Shown here: positions 60,651 through 64,000 of the stretch, piece after piece | Numbering within the stretch: the first letter of the stretch is position 1 | Layout of the letters: each line of letters begins with the position of its first letter | DNA from: Malacoraja senta | Lineage: Eukaryota | Assembly: GCA_038087875.1 (NCBI GenBank) | Contig: CM075987.1 | Coordinates: 16,866,001 to 16,930,000, forward strand | DNA: 64,000 bases | Direction: 5' to 3' | Translations under genes and position numbers: made by a program | The notes under the pieces: generated by a model | What the model was told of the DNA's origin: nothing | What the model saw: only the letters and a program-made list of their open reading frames with translations | The model's database searches: none

Positions 60651-63600
60651 AATAGTAAGATTAAACGAGAACTTACCAGTTTGAAGTTTGATCTTTATTT
60701 TATGAGGAGTTACGATGAGCGATTACGTGAAGAAGTCCTGCCAGTCCGCATGCACGTCAATCTTCAAAGCAGCGGTGTGAAATCACAGATAACAGTAATT
60801 GAAGTAACATAGTAAGATTATAGAACTAGACCTACCAGATGACCTTAATGATATGAGGGCCGGGAGCGGTGGGCACGTAATCGCTCATCGTAACTCCTCG
60901 TAAAATAAAGATCAAACCTCAAACTGGTAAGTTCTCGTTTAATCTTACTATTTTACTTCGGAGTCACGTGAGTGATTCCGTGAAGATTTCAAAGCTCTGT
61001 GATTTCATGCCGTAGATACGAATCCAGGCGTCTCACACTGCATCAGTTGGCTCAGTACGAGTGAATAATGAGCAATGCAATGAAACATGGTACGGATTAA
61101 CATGTTGGTGCTTTAATTCACAAAGAAAACCCAATAGCGACCCCTCTCTCCCAGAGGGAAGCTACGAAACAGAACTTAAAATGGAATGGGCGAATACCCC
61201 GGGTTCGGTAAGTGGTTTGTTATAAATCCTCTGAAAAGTAAGTTCATTTGACCATCCTGCGGCCGCGAGGATATGGTCTAGAGGGCACGTCCATTGCCCT
61301 TGCTGCTGACGTTGATGCCGCCCTGGTGGAGTGAGATTTAAAATTGTCCATGTTTACTCCTACACAAACCAGAACTTGTTTCAGCCACCTTGAAATGGTC
61401 TGAACCGACACTTTCATATGCGGCTTTTTGTGGCTAATAAATAATGCTACTTCCGAACCTCTGAGACTCTTGGTGACAATGATATAATATTGCAAGTGTG
61501 ACACTATACACAGTCGTAAATCCGTGGGGTATGCCGAAAAAAATAAGCTTGAACCCCTACACCCCTGGTCTGCTCTGCTTAATTAAATCCTAAATATAAA
61601 ACGTAATGTCATTCCCAGATGATACCATCCTGTCCAGTCGCAGCTTCTGCAACGTCTGGACCCGTTGCGCTGAAACCAGCGCCATGAGCATGACCACCTT
61701 AAGGGTAATTTTTGCAAAGACAGGGATGTGGCTGGAGCCCTCTGGCGAAGCAGCGCGAGTACCACACTCACATCCCAGATTTCAGAGTACCTAGGCCTAG
61801 GGGGGTTGGAATTAAACATACCCTTCATAAACCGGGTTGCTAAAGGGTGAGACCCAACAGAATGTTGTTCCGACCCCAGCCATAAGTATGATGACAGGGC
61901 ACTCTTGGCACTATTGATGGCACTTTAGCTCAACCCTTCATCAAAGTACAGCTGTGACAGAAATTCTAGCACATCTGAGATGCATGCCGTGTGATAGGTA
62001 ATGTTCCCCCGTAAACAGAACACCTCCCATTTCCTGAGATGAGAGATGTACTGCTTTTTGGTACTATCCCTCCAGGCCGCTGTTATCACATCCACGGTAC
62101 GATCGGATAGTCCAAGACCCAGGTATGGCCTCCTCAGAATCTGCAAATTAACAGATTAATACGGTCATATAACGGATGTTGATCCACAGTTACATGGTGC
62201 ACCAGCAGATCCCTACATTTTGAGACAGCCATTAGGGGCTGTGTTATTATCTGCAAAACGAGGGGCTGTGTAGGCCAGTCGGGTACCACCAAAATTCCTG
62301 AGGCGGAGTCCTGCTTGATCTTGAGCAAGCACCGACTGATGAGGCAAAATGGGGGAAATGCATATAAAAACACTCCGCCCCAGTGTAGCGAGAATGCATC
62401 TACCGCTACTGCCCCTGTGTCTGGTTCCCATGAAACATACTTCGGTAACTGGTGATTAAGTCTGGATGCAAATAAATCAATATCTGGCATCCCATATCGC
62501 ACAACAATATCATTAAATACATCATGATTCAACATCCATTCTGTGTTGTCATTGAATTTGCATGACCTGGTGTCTGCCACCATGTTGAATCTACCTGATA
62601 GGTAGATGGCTGACACCCAAATGTTCCTTGTAATACACCAGTGCCAAATAAGATTAGCCAATCTGTCACAAATTCCGACTTGATTCCACCCATGTGATTA
62701 ACATACGCCACTGCCGTGGTGTTGTCAATCTGAAGTTGAACATGCAAGTGACGCTTAGTAGTACAATAAGCCTTAAGCCCATAAAATGCTCCCAATAGCT
62801 CTAAATAGTTAATCCCATGTGAGTGAAGAATAAATGCCTCATGCAGATTCCATCTCCCTCCACAGCTGGAGATGGTATCAGTAGCACCCCCACCTAAGGC
62901 ACTAACATCAGTCTGCAAAACAACTGAAGGTTCCTAAACGAGAAGTTTGCTGGAGCAGCTTGAGATGTTTCTTATCCACCACTGCACTTCAGCAATAGCT
63001 TCAGCTGGTAATTGCATGGGCCTGTCGAAATGGCCTGCATGTTTCCTGAGTGCCTGTACCTTTGCACATTGCAAATTTTGGTAATGCAAAGGTCCATACT
63101 GTGCAGCTGGAAAGGAAGACACTAATTTGCCAATCAAGCTGGCCACATGTCTAATTGAAGGTTGTTGCTCCTCCGTGAGCTTGTTACAACAGCCTTCAAT
63201 TAAATCTAATCTCTTGCACCTGGGCAGAGTCACTGACATGTGAGTTGAGTTAATAATCAAGTGCTCTAACTGGTATCAATTTGGATTTAGCTGGGTGAAT
63301 GAGAAACCCCAATCGCTCAAACATGAGTTTAACAGCTGAAACAGATAATTCAGCTGCTTCCCGAGTCTTTCCTATGATTAAGATATCATCCAAATAAGCC
63401 ATTACAATATGACCCTGAACCCAGAGTAGCCCCAGTACTGGTTTTAACAGTTTTGTGAATAATCTAGGGCCCGAGGTTAGCCCATTCGGCAGTGCTTTAA
63501 ATTGCCATAATTGCCTCATCCAGCTAAACTTCAAATATCTCTGGTGACCCCTATGAACAGGCACTGAGTAATATGCATCCTTCAGTTGTATGCATGCCTT

Positions 63601-64000
63601 ATAACATCCTCTGGAAACCAATTGCTTGGCAGTAATAAATGTCTCCATTTTGAAATGTTTGTACTGCACAAACGGATTAAGACTAGTCAAGTCAAGGATG
63701 ATTCGACACCCACCATCCTTCTTTCGCTTAGGAAAAATATTAGATACGAATTGGTGAGGTTGATAAACCGTCTTCTCAATTATCCCTTTTTTATATAAGT
63801 TTTCAATTTCAGCTTGAACCTCCAAATTCTCTTTTTGTGAGAAAATGAGTGCCCGACTTGGTGTATGCTGTGTGGGTGGAGGCAAATTGGGAAGGAATTC
63901 AATTCGAAACCCTTGTATACTGTGCAGTACAAACGAATCTGATGTTATCCCACACCATTCCTGCAGAAACAAGTATAATCTTCCCCCAACTTGAAGGTGA
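60651..64000 (-). mobile_element. Second DIRS1-type element (related subfamily), running off the window end
   Basis: Same terminus aatagtaagattaaacgagaacttacc. ICR at 60874-60986, YR HSTRAAS (61244-61504), MT IDLFAS/YAFPPF (62134-62560), RNase H (62529-62918) and RT YLDD (63250-63972). Confidence 0.95.

Overview
Repeat-dense eukaryotic genomic DNA, most likely a cartilaginous fish (skate or ray; inferred from the HE1-type V-SINEs and CR1/HER1-type LINE 3' tails). The window lies inside a + strand ADAM (disintegrin and metalloproteinase) gene of the ADAM12/15/19/33 type. Three phase-compatible exons (399-588, 3869-3946, 8632-8746) encode the end of the cysteine-rich domain and the EGF-like domain. 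Instead of a transmembrane exon, they are followed by small symmetric phase 1-1 exons (12594-12686, 23446-23505, possibly 44419-44439) encoding a Pro/Thr/Ser-rich extension. The rest is mostly nested mobile DNA. It includes many CR1 LINE pieces (one near full-length), two young L2 LINEs, an RTE-X LINE, an L1 3' fragment, and Rex1/Babar and RTE fragments. There are Penelope-derived palindromes carrying minimal hammerhead-ribozyme cores. There are also two DIRS tyrosine-recombinase retrotransposons (one complete), an internally deleted Gypsy element with a duplicated-flank rearrangement in its 5' LTR, and a Tc1 transposon split by CR1 insertions. All family calls are by recognition without database searches, and the boundaries of degraded repeats are approximate.
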